Source: a virus. Taken from it: a stretch of 64,000 nucleotides of DNA. Below are positions 1-9,622 of this stretch, piece by piece; position 1 is the stretch's first letter; the number at the start of each line of letters is the position of its first letter. Location: IMG/VR virus record IMGVR_UViG_3300044617_001255, positions 14,967 to 78,966 of that record. One strand, 5' to 3'. The notes beneath the pieces are model-generated. The model ran no database searches and was not told where the DNA came from. It was given only the letters and a program-made list of their open reading frames with translations. The position numbers and the translations under genes were made by a program.

Positions 1-56
1 TATCTATTTGGCAAAATAAAGAGTATATTCCATTACCAACATAATCTATCCATAGA

Positions 57-674
57 TCACTCTTTGGTTCCCGATTCTGATTGTTGCTTGACTTCCTTGA
101 TTTCATTTTCTGTTTCTTTCTTTTGTCTTATTTTCCAGTAATTCTTACCATAGTTTACAAAAATTTCAGAATCTTTTGGTATTAAAGTTTTTGCTTTTAC
201 TGTCATAATTTCGTTTTTATAATCAAGGTTTACAATCGTATTTTGATTATCGGAATGATTATAGATTGAACCATATCCAAGAGCCATATACTGATGGGGA
301 CCATGAATTTGGCAGTCTTTGCACATGCAATTATTATTGGTCCAAACATAATCTTTAATTACTGGATCTCCATTGTACTTTGCCCTCCAGCCCAATCTGA
401 GAAGACGAACTTCTTCAATTAACTCTCCCTCTTGGATATCTTCATTGGCAAAAACACCATAATTATGTACCGGAGACTTTTTTACTTGAATTTTATTTGA
501 TGGACCTTTGATCAAATCTAGAATAGGAGGAGCAGAGGGTGTTTCTGTTTTTTGATCAGGTTTAGAAAGAACAGCAACTCCTGGTTCTGGTACTTCTACT
601 TTATATTCCTTCAGTTTTGGATTTGCTTCAATAAATTTCTCAAAATCACTCAACTTTTCATTATCTAGATTCAT
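57..674 (-). CDS. SET-domain protein (putative lysine methyltransferase)
   Basis: SET motifs: SPVHNYGVFANEDIQEGELIEE, GYGSIYNHS, EIFVNYG. Confidence 0.85.
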   Translation of the reverse strand: MNLDNEKLSDFEKFIEANPKLKEYKVEVPEPGVAVLSKPDQKTETPSAPPILDLIKGPSNKIQVKKSPVHNYGVFANEDIQEGELIEEVRLLRLGWRAKYNGDPVIKDYVWTNNNCMCKDCQIHGPHQYMALGYGSIYNHSDNQNTIVNLDYKNEIMTVKAKTLIPKDSEIFVNYGKNYWKIRQKKETENEIKEVKQQSESGTKE

Positions 675-688
675 ATTTTATTCCCTTA

Positions 689-1228
689 TCACTTTTTTTT
701 CTTTTTGGGTGGAGTATTTTCTTCCTCACTATCTATGTCCTCTTCTTGAGGTTGTTCTTCATTTTCTTGAGGAACTTCTTCTTGAGAAACTTCTTCTCCT
801 TCAACTGGTTGTTCCATTTGTTGTTCTGCATCATCCATATCACCTGTTTGATTTTGCATTTCTGCTTGTTGCATCATCATTTGCTGTTGCATCATCATTT
901 GTTGCATTTCCATTTGTTGAATATATTCAGCAACCATATTGATTTTTGCCATTGTATCTTGCAATGGTGTTGTTTGTATAATCTTGAACAATTTATCTTT
1001 TAAATTTACTGGTAATTGATATGAAGACAAAGATCCCATAGTGAGTTGCGCTGGAGCAACACCGAAGGAAGGAGCACCTGCAATATTTGTGTTCATGTCT
1101 TGACCAGGAACAGAGGGTCCAATATCTTCACTCAAAACATGTTTAAGTTGCTCTTGAATGCGTGTCTTTTTTCTTGATTTCAAAACACTATTGAAAATTT
1201 CATGTATTTGGCTGCTCTTGCTGTTCAT
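689..1228 (-). CDS. hypothetical Gln/Met/Glu-rich protein
   Basis: ORF; start reset to MNSKSSQ to reduce overlap with the upstream gene. Confidence 0.6.
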   Translation of the reverse strand: MNSKSSQIHEIFNSVLKSRKKTRIQEQLKHVLSEDIGPSVPGQDMNTNIAGAPSFGVAPAQLTMGSLSSYQLPVNLKDKLFKIIQTTPLQDTMAKINMVAEYIQQMEMQQMMMQQQMMMQQAEMQNQTGDMDDAEQQMEQPVEGEEVSQEEVPQENEEQPQEEDIDSEEENTPPKKKKK

Positions 1229-1916
1229 TTGGGAATCCTTTTTGATTGTAGTAATTTTCCATATATTCGGGTGCAAACGTCAATACTATTTGTTCAAAAT
1301 CCATATTTTTATCTGGATTATTTATTTGTGCTTCGACTTCAATGTTAGGATGAGTGAAGGTTACAACGGCATCTGGTGAATCATCTGGGGGAAGAATTAC
1401 ACCATACCCCAAATCAAAATATGTTGGTCTTTCTTCTGCGGCTCTTCTATTGTCTTCTGCTCTCCAACGAAGACTACGAGAATGCCCATTATCTCCCATA
1501 TATTTTTCTATTGTAGCAGCATATCTGTCTTGAAATTCAGGATCGAAGTCTGCTCTCATTGCTGATTGAAAATTTACCATTCTATCTTGTGGTTCAAGAT
1601 ATTTGATAAAATCTGGATAGTGTCTCATTACTTTTTTTGTATGATCTATCCATGCCTTATGTCTTGTTGTTTCGCCATAAAGATCATCTGGTGTAGCACC
1701 AATTGAATTTGCAAATTCTACGTTTGACATGGCGAAACCATTTAGATCATTGTGAACTTTAGACATGTCAACATCATATGCTCCTGCGTCGTTTGATTTT
1801 GCATATCCTTTATTTGCCATCCACTCTAGATGCTTTTGTCTAGCCTCTTGATCTTGTGCATTAGAATGACGACTTAACATAAGATATTTTGCCAACATTG
1901 GAGGTAAATATGTCAT
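1200..1916 (-). CDS. hypothetical protein
   Basis: ORF; start MTYLPP overlaps the stop of the upstream gene (ATGA coupling). Confidence 0.65.
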   Translation of the reverse strand: MTYLPPMLAKYLMLSRHSNAQDQEARQKHLEWMANKGYAKSNDAGAYDVDMSKVHNDLNGFAMSNVEFANSIGATPDDLYGETTRHKAWIDHTKKVMRHYPDFIKYLEPQDRMVNFQSAMRADFDPEFQDRYAATIEKYMGDNGHSRSLRWRAEDNRRAAEERPTYFDLGYGVILPPDDSPDAVVTFTHPNIEVEAQINNPDKNMDFEQIVLTFAPEYMENYYNQKGFPNEQQEQPNT

Positions 1917-2488
1917 GATTTTGCCTTTCTTGGATTGACTGTAAGTAGAGTGTCTTGGTGTTGAAATTCTTGTCCCCAAATACTTTCCGGAGTATTTTTA
2001 TCAGGATTATATTGTATTTCTTCTCCGCCTTGTCTTAAAGACACTCTACCATGAGATCTTGCAACTCTATTCCAATATTTTATTGCTCCTTCAGTTTGCT
2101 TGTAGTCTGAAACCACAGGCATTTGATAATGATCTGCAACATGATGAAGTATTCCACTGTGTAATTTATTTTTCATCTGTGGATTTCTTAACATACTGGA
2201 AATTTGAAGATGATCTTTACGATGATTCATTTTCAAATAACCATGCGGTTCTCCAGAATCGTCATGTACAACAAAATGAACTATTCCTTTTGGTCCAGAT
2301 GCTGCTGTAACTTTATATCCTTCTAACTTTGGCAAAGATTCAGAACCAAATTCTGCTGCATCTTGATTTACATCATTAATAACCTTATCCCACACATTTT
2401 TTCTTTCATTTTCATTTTCTGTAGTTGGTTTGGATGGTATATTTGATACTGTAGGCATTTCACATATAAATTTCAAAAAAGATTTCAT
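1913..2488 (-). CDS. putative internal head protein, possibly GNAT-like fold
   Basis: N-terminus MKSFLKFICE resembles T4 capsid-targeting sequence; SDYKQTEGAIKYW segment. Confidence 0.5.
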   Translation of the reverse strand: MKSFLKFICEMPTVSNIPSKPTTENENERKNVWDKVINDVNQDAAEFGSESLPKLEGYKVTAASGPKGIVHFVVHDDSGEPHGYLKMNHRKDHLQISSMLRNPQMKNKLHSGILHHVADHYQMPVVSDYKQTEGAIKYWNRVARSHGRVSLRQGGEEIQYNPDKNTPESIWGQEFQHQDTLLTVNPRKAKS

Positions 2489-2489
2489 A

Positions 2490-2759
2490 TTAGTTTTCTT
2501 TATCTAATTTATCATAATATTCTTTATTTCTTCTTTCCATCTCTCTGTAGTCAGCAGGATGGGAGAGGTATCTATCAGTAGGTTTACCAGTCATACGACC
2601 CAATATTCTATTAATTTTTTCTACATCTTTTTTAGAAGTATTTGAATCTTTTCTTTTGCGAATAAGTTGCATTACCCTCTTAGATCTACTAACTCTTCTC
2701 TCTCCAGTTAGTTCTTCAGGATTTTGTAAATATTCTAATAATTGTTTAAATGATGACAT
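2490..2759 (-). CDS. putative internal head protein
   Basis: N-terminus MSSFKQLLE; late promoter upstream. Confidence 0.55.
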   Translation of the reverse strand: MSSFKQLLEYLQNPEELTGERRVSRSKRVMQLIRKRKDSNTSKKDVEKINRILGRMTGKPTDRYLSHPADYREMERRNKEYYDKLDKEN

Positions 2760-2774
2760 ATTTTCCTCTTCACA

Positions 2775-2786
2775 TATTTATAAATA
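2775..2786. promoter_or_regulatory. bidirectional T4-type late promoter (TATTTATAAATA)
   Basis: TATAAATA reads on both strands between divergent genes 2759(-) and 2851(+). Confidence 0.7.
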
Positions 2787-2850
2787 TTGTTAGACTGCCC
2801 ATATGGGGGTCTGAATATATTTTGTCTAGCTTATTATAAAGGAGGCAAAC

Positions 2851-3312
2851 ATGACAAATACAAAAAATCTATCCATTTCTAATTCACAAATTAATCGCTA
2901 TTCAAGCGATGATATTATCGACATTTTTAACCGAAGTATTGGTTGGAACAGTCTTTTTGACCGATACAAACACCCTTCATATTCTTCAACATATCCACCA
3001 ACAGATGTGACTCAATTGAATGAAACTGAGACTGTAATTGAAATGGCAGTTGCTGGTTATAAAGAAGAAGATTTGAAAGTTGAGTATTTTAAAAATACTT
3101 TGACTGTAACCGGTTCAAAAGTCAGTCCAAACACTGTTCATTCAAAAATTGTCGGAGAGATCGCAAGAAGGTCTTTCGTAAGATCTTTTGCAATTGCTGA
3201 TGATTGTGAGATCAGAGATGTAACTCTGAGTGATGGCATTCTTTCAATATTGGTTGTTCAAAACATACCGGAAGAGAAGAAGCCAAAAATACTTACAATC
3301 ACCAGAAAGTAA
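2851..3312 (+). CDS. hsp20: small heat-shock protein (Hsp20/IbpA-like)
   Basis: YPPTDV, IEMAVAGY, IARRSFVRSF, LSDGILSI alpha-crystallin motifs; SD AAGGAGG. Confidence 0.92.
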   Translation: MTNTKNLSISNSQINRYSSDDIIDIFNRSIGWNSLFDRYKHPSYSSTYPPTDVTQLNETETVIEMAVAGYKEEDLKVEYFKNTLTVTGSKVSPNTVHSKIVGEIARRSFVRSFAIADDCEIRDVTLSDGILSILVVQNIPEEKKPKILTITRK

Positions 3313-3313
3313 G

Positions 3314-3342
3314 AAAAAACCCCGGATCTCTCCGGGGTTTTT
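3314..3342. terminator. bidirectional intrinsic terminator
   Basis: AAAAAA-CCCCGGA-tctc-TCCGGGG-TTTTT between convergent genes. Confidence 0.85.
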
Positions 3343-3345
3343 GTT

Positions 3346-4302
3346 TTATTCAGTTTCGTTGTGTGAAACAAGCACCTGATTTATGTTTGAATACAACTTG
3401 TTTTTGGTATTTTCTGTCAATTTCACTTCATATAGATTTTCAACTATAATATGTGTGGCTTGAGATAGAGTATCTACATAATCTTCTCTCATGCCTCTTC
3501 TTGTTCCCGTTGGTCTTACATAACCGCTGGCAGTTTCCCAGTCGGTATCATACTCTCCTTGATCTCCACGGGTGGTTGTTGTTTTTCCTGATGTTCTTTG
3601 TCTTGGACCACTACCTTCGCCATCTCTTCCTAACATTGCTGCAGCACCTGCAGCACCAGTAGCAAGAATACCAAGAGTACCAAGAGCACTTTTTCCTGTT
3701 GCTTTTGCAAGATCCATACCGCCCTTATAACCTGCTTGTTTAACTGTGCTTCCTAAAAATCCTTGTTTTCCTCCACCTGGTTTGCTAAATTGAGGAGTCA
3801 TTTTTTTACCTGCGATTTCAGCTTTTTGACCAAGTTTTACTAAAAATCCTTTTTTTGGCATTTGTGGTGCAATATCATCAACAAAAGGAATGTCTCCTTT
3901 TCTGCCACCTGTTTCCCATGCTTTTAATGCTTTATCTTGTGCAGTTTTTGTTGCTTCTTTTGCTTTTGTTATTGCTTCTGCTCTTTTTGTTTTATATCCT
4001 GTTTGTGCTGCTTTTCCTCCTGCTTTGATTCCTGACCCGATAAGTCTTTTTCCTGCAGTCCAGCCCAATTTTATTAATGGAAAAAGTTCATTCAATTGAA
4101 CTTGCTCATCAATATAATCAATTTCTTCTTCTGTGAGTTCAATACCGAAAGTATTCTCGATAGATTCTACTATAATTGCGAGATTTGTGAAATGCTCATT
4201 GAGTTGTTCTTCTGTGAGAACAATTTCATTTGTATTTTGTGTATTTGTAATATTATTACGGTAAGATTCGTTTAATTCTTTTACCCAATCGTTATTATGC
4301 AT
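3346..4302 (-). CDS. putative head-associated protein, Gly/Ala/Lys-rich
   Basis: ORF; WVKELNESY start and LTEE/LNE protease-type sites; late promoter upstream. Confidence 0.55.
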   Translation of the reverse strand: MHNNDWVKELNESYRNNITNTQNTNEIVLTEEQLNEHFTNLAIIVESIENTFGIELTEEEIDYIDEQVQLNELFPLIKLGWTAGKRLIGSGIKAGGKAAQTGYKTKRAEAITKAKEATKTAQDKALKAWETGGRKGDIPFVDDIAPQMPKKGFLVKLGQKAEIAGKKMTPQFSKPGGGKQGFLGSTVKQAGYKGGMDLAKATGKSALGTLGILATGAAGAAAMLGRDGEGSGPRQRTSGKTTTTRGDQGEYDTDWETASGYVRPTGTRRGMREDYVDTLSQATHIIVENLYEVKLTENTKNKLYSNINQVLVSHNETE

Positions 4303-4426
4303 TTTTTTCTCCAGAAGTTATACTTCATTATTTATAAAAAAAGACACTCTTAAAGTGTCTTTAATAAGTATAGAATTAACCTTGAATGCTAACACAGTTA
4401 TCTATAAGATTCCAGAAGTTAACAAA

Positions 4427-4768
4427 TTATTTTGGTACGTTAATTGTTCTACCAGTTAGTAGTGGAGGAGATTTAGATTTAATATAAGAAGGCTTTGGTT
4501 GTCTTCTAAGTTTTGATGCTTTTCTTTTGGCAGATTCACTTCCACCTAATGTTGGTTCTCCAAGTCTTCGGAGCATTCTTACTGCCTGTCCATGCTCTTC
4601 AGCAGAACGAGTTGGATCTCTAAGAACTTTATGTAATGCCTCTTCTCTATCAGAACGAGTCAATGCTGCAGTATCTGCTTCCTCTTGAGAACGTCCCTTA
4701 CTCAAGTAATATTTTTCAACCTCTTTGGGTGATCTTAAAGATTCAATTAATTGTTTAAATGTTTTCAT
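4427..4768 (-). CDS. putative internal head protein
   Basis: MKTFKQLIE capsid-targeting-like N-terminus. Confidence 0.6.
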   Translation of the reverse strand: MKTFKQLIESLRSPKEVEKYYLSKGRSQEEADTAALTRSDREEALHKVLRDPTRSAEEHGQAVRMLRRLGEPTLGGSESAKRKASKLRRQPKPSYIKSKSPPLLTGRTINVPK

Positions 4769-4777
4769 AAATTATTC

Positions 4778-5434
4778 TCAACGGTCATCTGGGTCCCAAG
4801 TGTAAGCATCCATCGGATTTTTTCTTGCGAAATTTGTAAAACTTTTTTCACTACGAGAATGCCTTTTAGATGCATCTTTTAAAATATCAAAATTTATACC
4901 AGTCATAGGTTCTATTTCAGGACCATCTACTTTTCCTTGTCTTCTAAGATATTCTAAATTCTCTTTTGGAGGATTTGCTATCGTATCAAATTTATCTGGA
5001 TTGACACTTGGAACATTCATACTGAATATTCTGTTACGCCTATCAGCATCTCTATATTCTTCACCTTTTGTTTTATCAAAATAAGTTTTATTATCTCTGC
5101 CTATTTTACCAGCGTGCATCCATTTCTTTCCATGCTTTTCAATAAATTTCTTTATTGGGTGTTGTTCCTCTGGTGGTACTGGTTTTTTATCTCTGAAATC
5201 TTGTTGTATTTGGTATGATTTTTTTTCAGCATCTCTATGCTGTCTGTTCAAGTCTTTTTCTACAGTTCGAACATTTTGGAATCTTTGTTTTCTACGCTCT
5301 TCCGCTTCTTGTGCTTTTTTAAAAGCAGTTTCTTTATCTGTACCTTTTCTTACTTCATGACCATAAACATCTGCTGCATGTTGTTGTGGTGTCATTACTT
5401 CCAGTAGATTAACTAATTGTTTAAATGTTTTCAT
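4778..5434 (-). CDS. putative internal head protein
   Basis: MKTFKQLVNLLE N-terminus; TATAAATA upstream (about 5455-5462, minus). Confidence 0.6.
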   Translation of the reverse strand: MKTFKQLVNLLEVMTPQQHAADVYGHEVRKGTDKETAFKKAQEAEERRKQRFQNVRTVEKDLNRQHRDAEKKSYQIQQDFRDKKPVPPEEQHPIKKFIEKHGKKWMHAGKIGRDNKTYFDKTKGEEYRDADRRNRIFSMNVPSVNPDKFDTIANPPKENLEYLRRQGKVDGPEIEPMTGINFDILKDASKRHSRSEKSFTNFARKNPMDAYTWDPDDR

Positions 5435-5535
5435 ATATTAGATCCTGTTTACTCTATTTATACAAAAGAAAAACCCTCAGATTTCTCCGAGGGTTTTCTT
5501 TTTCATAACGCTTTTTTAAAGCGCTTTTTTACAAT

Positions 5536-5694
5536 TCACTTGGCTGTAACTACTGCGATAGCGGCTTCGATTGCGCTCCAGATTGTTCCGATGCCTGCGA
5601 CAGCGAAAGGAAGTAGAGCGAAGAATGCCATAACATGCCAAGGGTTCTTCCAGCAGATCTTGCATCCGACTGGGCAATTTGTTGAGTTTTCCAT
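5536..5694 (-). CDS. small membrane protein (52 aa, not in ORF track)
   Basis: MENSTNCPVGCKICWKNPWHVMAFFALLPFAVAGIGTIWSAIEAAIAVVTAK; SD AGGAG upstream; terminator downstream. Confidence 0.7.
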   Translation of the reverse strand: MENSTNCPVGCKICWKNPWHVMAFFALLPFAVAGIGTIWSAIEAAIAVVTAK

Positions 5695-5724
5695 TTTTTT
5701 CTCCTTTTTTTTGAAAAACTTTTT

Positions 5725-6477
5725 TCAGAAACTAAAACCAACACCACCAGAAACTACTGCAGAGTTCTCTACAGCAACCGTCTGTGATACGGGGAAACCG
5801 ATTCCCAAGGTAACAGAAACGTTTGATGCAGGGTTCCACTTAAGCTCTGGACCGAGAAGAAGAACTTGACTTCCATCTACTTCGTAAAGTTGGGTGAAAT
5901 TCGCACCAACGTCAAGAGTAGTTGAAAGGTCGTAGTTCAACTCAGTTACCATAGTAATAAGATCTGATGTGGTCTGATAGCCGAGCAATGCGCTATACGT
6001 ATCGCCTGTGACGAAAGTATAGTCAAATGATTGGCTAAGAGTCCATGCAGACCAGTTTTGGGAAACAACGCCACCGACATGAGGGGCTACTTCAGATGTT
6101 GAGTAGACCGTTGAGCCAGTTGGAAGGTAAAGTCCGATATTAAAATCGAAACTCATTTCTCCTCCGAGAACTGCCCAGTCACGAACGATGTTATTGGTCA
6201 TACCGACTTCTACGCTACCGTAACCACTATCCTCACTCACATAAGTCGGAAGACTAATATTGAGCGTTGTAAAGTCCATAACACGTGCCTTAACGGTGGT
6301 GTTAAGTTCTACCACGCTACTGGCGTCTCTCTTACCATAGAAACCAAAGACCTCTTGGAGCGTAATGTCCGAGATAAGATTTGGATTTGCTGGTGCTGAT
6401 GGAGCAGGTGTGCTCTGAGCAGCAACAGGAAATGTCACTAGGGTTGAGAGAACCATTCCTGAAACGAGATTTTGCAT
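5725..6477 (-). CDS. outer-membrane beta-barrel protein
   Basis: Signal peptide ending PVAA-Q, alternating amphipathic beta strands, C-terminal GGVGFSF BAM-type motif; SD AGGAG. Confidence 0.7.
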   Translation of the reverse strand: MQNLVSGMVLSTLVTFPVAAQSTPAPSAPANPNLISDITLQEVFGFYGKRDASSVVELNTTVKARVMDFTTLNISLPTYVSEDSGYGSVEVGMTNNIVRDWAVLGGEMSFDFNIGLYLPTGSTVYSTSEVAPHVGGVVSQNWSAWTLSQSFDYTFVTGDTYSALLGYQTTSDLITMVTELNYDLSTTLDVGANFTQLYEVDGSQVLLLGPELKWNPASNVSVTLGIGFPVSQTVAVENSAVVSGGVGFSF

Positions 6478-6568
6478 AATTTCTCCTTTTTTCAAAATCC
6501 CACACTCCCTATGAGCGTGGACAAGTATATAGACAGGGGAACTTTATGCGAATTTGTTAATTCACAAA

Positions 6569-6835
6569 TTACCAACCATACCATACGGGGTAGCAGGAGC
6601 CATATCCGTAGGAATAATTGTTATAATAATAGGGGTAATATGTGTAATAAGGTGCCACATTGACACCTCTGCTCAAATTCTCAGAGGTCCAATTAGGGTT
6701 ATATCCATAACCATTGCTCTTGTTCTCGTAGCGATACTTGGAGCCGTCCGGAGCGGTGTACTCGGTTATGATGTAGGTCTGTTGAGGAGCACAGGAAGGG
6801 AATAGTAGAAAAGCGGAAATCAATAATTTTTTCAT
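6569..6835 (-). CDS. Tyr/Gly-rich lipoprotein
   Basis: MKKLLISAFLLFPSC lipoprotein-like signal; Tyr-rich tail. Confidence 0.6.
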   Translation of the reverse strand: MKKLLISAFLLFPSCAPQQTYIITEYTAPDGSKYRYENKSNGYGYNPNWTSENLSRGVNVAPYYTYYPYYYNNYSYGYGSCYPVWYGW

Positions 6836-6897
6836 GATGTAAATCTCCGGAGAGTATGTAGGAACTAAAAACCCCCGTTTCCGGGGGTTTGTTTTTT

Positions 6898-7305
6898 TCA
6901 TTTCTTGTCGTTTTCTCCGAGATGGTCCCAGAGGTGACCCTCGACATTCTCTACAGCATTGTCGATGAGTTGTTCGTATCTGGGGTGCTCACTATGATCT
7001 CCGCCTACGGTATCATTGACATCATATGAATGCCCCTCAATACCATAGTGATCGTGAATTGCTTCAATGGAAGCATCTACGACATTATCCCTATTTACTT
7101 CCTTGTCACCAAGATTATTATGAATTGTTTTTAATGTTTGGACCTTGGGATGCTTTGCATAATGTTTATCCAACTTGGAGTGAATAAAATCAGCAGCCTT
7201 GTGAACCATAGGATGGTACTCTTCTGATTTACCTTCTTCTTCATTTATTCCGAGTCTTGTCTTGAGATAACTTTCTGTGAGTTTATTGATCCAATTGTCG
7301 TACAT
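6898..7305 (-). CDS. putative head-associated His-rich protein
   Basis: WINKLTESY start similar to the 3346-4302 protein. Confidence 0.55.
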   Translation of the reverse strand: MYDNWINKLTESYLKTRLGINEEEGKSEEYHPMVHKAADFIHSKLDKHYAKHPKVQTLKTIHNNLGDKEVNRDNVVDASIEAIHDHYGIEGHSYDVNDTVGGDHSEHPRYEQLIDNAVENVEGHLWDHLGENDKK

Positions 7306-7344
7306 GTTGAGTTCCTTTTCATATTATTTATGTAAATAAAAAAA

Positions 7345-7510
7345 TGGGGGATGGGACCCATTTCAAAAAAATGTTCAGAATACTGTATGGGACCCGTAAG
7401 AAAAAATTACCGGATGGGACCCTATAGGGGAGGTAATGAGAATTTAGGGGGGGTATATAAAAAATAGGGGTGGGGTTTAGGTAGGGGGGGTCCCCAGGGG
7501 GGAGGGACCC
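7345..7510 (+). repeat. G-tract region with GGGACCC repeats at the AT/GC boundary
   Basis: ATGGGACCC at 7351, 7387 and 7414; AGGGACCC at 7503; runs of 3-7 G between 7447 and 7506. Confidence 0.75.
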
Positions 7511-7608
7511 ATTGGCAAAAATACTGTTCCCCTCTCCGAGGCTCGCTGAAGGCCCGCCGAGGGCTCGCCACCCCCTCCCTCCGAGAGTGGCGAGCCCAGG
7601 GGCGGGGA

Positions 7609-7839
7609 TTAGGTCATTTTCAGAATCGACTCTTCCCGGTCGTAGTTCGCCGCCGTCACCTCGTCCTGAAGATTGTTCGCCTCGTCGCTGGTGAGGTAGC
7701 CGAAAGTACGTCCGCCCAGGATGAATCCGTTGGCGAATGAAGTGGCAACCTTCAGAGTGTGCAGGTCCGGGGCACGACGTATCGCCGCAAGTGCGGCCAT
7801 GAAACGGGGGAGAAAGTTGTTTGGAGTAGCAGTGGTCAT
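7609..7839 (-). CDS. early hypothetical protein (leaderless)
   Basis: TTGACA(7873-7868)-16-TACAAT-6-ATG; GC-rich codon usage; hairpin at 7561-7597 downstream. Confidence 0.75.
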   Translation of the reverse strand: MTTATPNNFLPRFMAALAAIRRAPDLHTLKVATSFANGFILGGRTFGYLTSDEANNLQDEVTAANYDREESILKMT

Positions 7840-7845
7840 GCGTGT

Positions 7846-7949
7846 ATTGTAACCGGCTCCGGCCCGGTGTCAAGGAGTAATTTCACATATTCGCCAGGGA
7901 GCCATTTTCGAATATTCCCTATTGACATATTCGATTCTGCCCTTACAAT
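7846..7949. promoter_or_regulatory. divergent pair of sigma70-type early promoters with AATTTCACATAT box
   Basis: Minus TTGACA/TACAAT (7873-7846); plus TTGACA 7922 and TACAAT 7944; box at 7879-7890. Confidence 0.8.
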
Positions 7950-7955
7950 ACTCGC

Positions 7956-8363
7956 ATGACCACCAACCTTCTCAACATCGGCAAGTCCCCTCTCGTAACC
8001 TTCGTCAAGGGCTTCTTTCGCAAGCCCACCAAGCCCGTGCAGCCCGTCGCCGTGAATGGCTCGACGGACGAGGACGCTACCCGTACCATCACGGTGCAGG
8101 TGTTGCGCCCCTGCACCGATCGCATTCTCTACGCCTTCTCTGTTCGCTGCCCGGTGTCCGCTGCCCCGGCTCGCATCGCGCAGCGTGTCGCCGTCCTGAA
8201 GAACATCCCCGGTAATCATCGGGTGTGGATGACGGATACCCGGTACGGTGTCGTGGACCCCGCCGCTACGGTCGGCGTGAACGGCATCTACGACTACCGC
8301 TACCGTGTGCTGCGTCAAGACAACACCGTTGGTGTCCGGTTGATCGATCCCCGCCGTAGGTGA
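7956..8363 (+). CDS. early hypothetical protein (leaderless)
   Basis: ATG 6 nt after -10; terminator at 8381-8418. Confidence 0.75.
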   Translation: MTTNLLNIGKSPLVTFVKGFFRKPTKPVQPVAVNGSTDEDATRTITVQVLRPCTDRILYAFSVRCPVSAAPARIAQRVAVLKNIPGNHRVWMTDTRYGVVDPAATVGVNGIYDYRYRVLRQDNTVGVRLIDPRRR

Positions 8364-8467
8364 GTGGTGGTGAGTCATGGACCCCCGGACGGCACGTTGC
8401 CTCCGGGGGTTCTTTTATTTTTGAAATTCCCTATTGACACGCTCTCGCCCCCGGTTACAATACGCGC

Positions 8468-8797
8468 ATGACAAACTCACCCGCCTACCGTCCCGCTAGC
8501 TCCTTCTCCGCCGAAGCCATTCTGGAGGCACAGACCGATGCAGGTCTGCGCTGCATGTCTGACCTGATGATCGTCCTTTCGAAGACCGATCGCCACGTGC
8601 CCATGATCGCCATCGTCGCCTTCTCGCAACGCTACCCGATTCAGTTCGAAACCTTCGAACTCATTCTCAACGCCCTTCTTTGCAACGATCTCGTCGGCTA
8701 CCGCCTGAACCCCGAGAACATCGAAGACTCGTCCATGTTCGGCACGGACAAACTCCGCATGGTCATGGGATGCAAGGGGGCCGGTGTCCCGGACTGA
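8468..8797 (+). CDS. early hypothetical protein (leaderless)
   Basis: TTGACA 8434, TACAAT 8456, ATG 8468; terminator at 8823-8856. Confidence 0.75.
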   Translation: MTNSPAYRPASSFSAEAILEAQTDAGLRCMSDLMIVLSKTDRHVPMIAIVAFSQRYPIQFETFELILNALLCNDLVGYRLNPENIEDSSMFGTDKLRMVMGCKGAGVPD

Positions 8798-8895
8798 ACC
8801 ATAGTCGTGGTGATCGCCACGCACCCCACCCAGCCATCCCCTGGGTGGGGTTCTCTATTTGTGTAATTCCTGGCAGAATTTCCTTGACACGAATT

Positions 8896-8956
8896 TGTTG
8901 ACAGCGTCCACCACCAATACACACACATATCAGCCGGGTGGTGGTCGCTGTCAACA
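8896..8956. repeat. TGTTGACAGCG palindromic element, copy A (61 nt)
   Basis: TGTTGACAGCG-t-CCACCACC / GGTGGTGG-t-CGCTGTCAACA, 21-nt loop. Confidence 0.9.
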
Positions 8957-9067
8957 AATTCCAGGCCAAAGTCAAGCGGAAAGTTCACATTTAGTTGCAA
9001 ATAGCGATTTCACATATTCCCGATGGTAACCCCTTGCATATGGCGATTCTGCCCTTATAATTGGGGC

Positions 9068-9622
9068 ATGACCAACTCACCCGCTACAATCGATACGATC
9101 CTCCCCGCCCTTCGCACCCGTGTGGCGAATGCCACCATGTCCGATATCATGCACGCCCACGCATGGTACGATGCGGCGAATTGCATCGCCCGCCGTATGG
9201 CGATTCTGAATCCCGCCCTTACCGTCGAGTCGGCGGCTACCATCGTCGCCGCATTCTCGCCCCGTGTGTCGTGGGCGCAGAATGTCCGCAAGGCGTTCGC
9301 CTTCGCCGTGGGATCCCCCGTCCGTGGGCTTTCCGCTCATACCCGTACTGCCGAGCGTGCGGTTACGATGGGCTTCGGTGCTATCGACCCCCGCACCGCC
9401 CCGAAGACATATAACTTCGCCCGCAACATTGCAGGCGACTACAACGCCGTCACGGTCGATATCTGGATGTGCCGTGCCGCCGAGATCGGACGGGACGCAC
9501 CTACCATCCGCCAGTATCGCGCCATCGCTGACGCTGTGCGGACTCTCGCCGCCGAGTACAACATGACCCCCGCCGCAATGCAGGCGCTTATCTGGATTGT
9601 GGAACGGGGTCGCTCCGAGTGA
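9068..9622 (+). CDS. conserved phage protein (DUF7178-like; distant HhH-GPD glycosylase-like motifs)
   Basis: AWY, AAFSPRVSW..N, KTYNF..NI, TVDIWM..RA, QALIW; leaderless start at 9068. Confidence 0.55.
   Translation: MTNSPATIDTILPALRTRVANATMSDIMHAHAWYDAANCIARRMAILNPALTVESAATIVAAFSPRVSWAQNVRKAFAFAVGSPVRGLSAHTRTAERAVTMGFGAIDPRTAPKTYNFARNIAGDYNAVTVDIWMCRAAEIGRDAPTIRQYRAIADAVRTLAAEYNMTPAAMQALIWIVERGRSE

Noticed and set aside
7328-7873. 181-aa minus-strand ORF across the G-tract
   Set aside because: It overlaps the promoter-supported 7609-7839 gene and runs through its terminator and the repeat tract.
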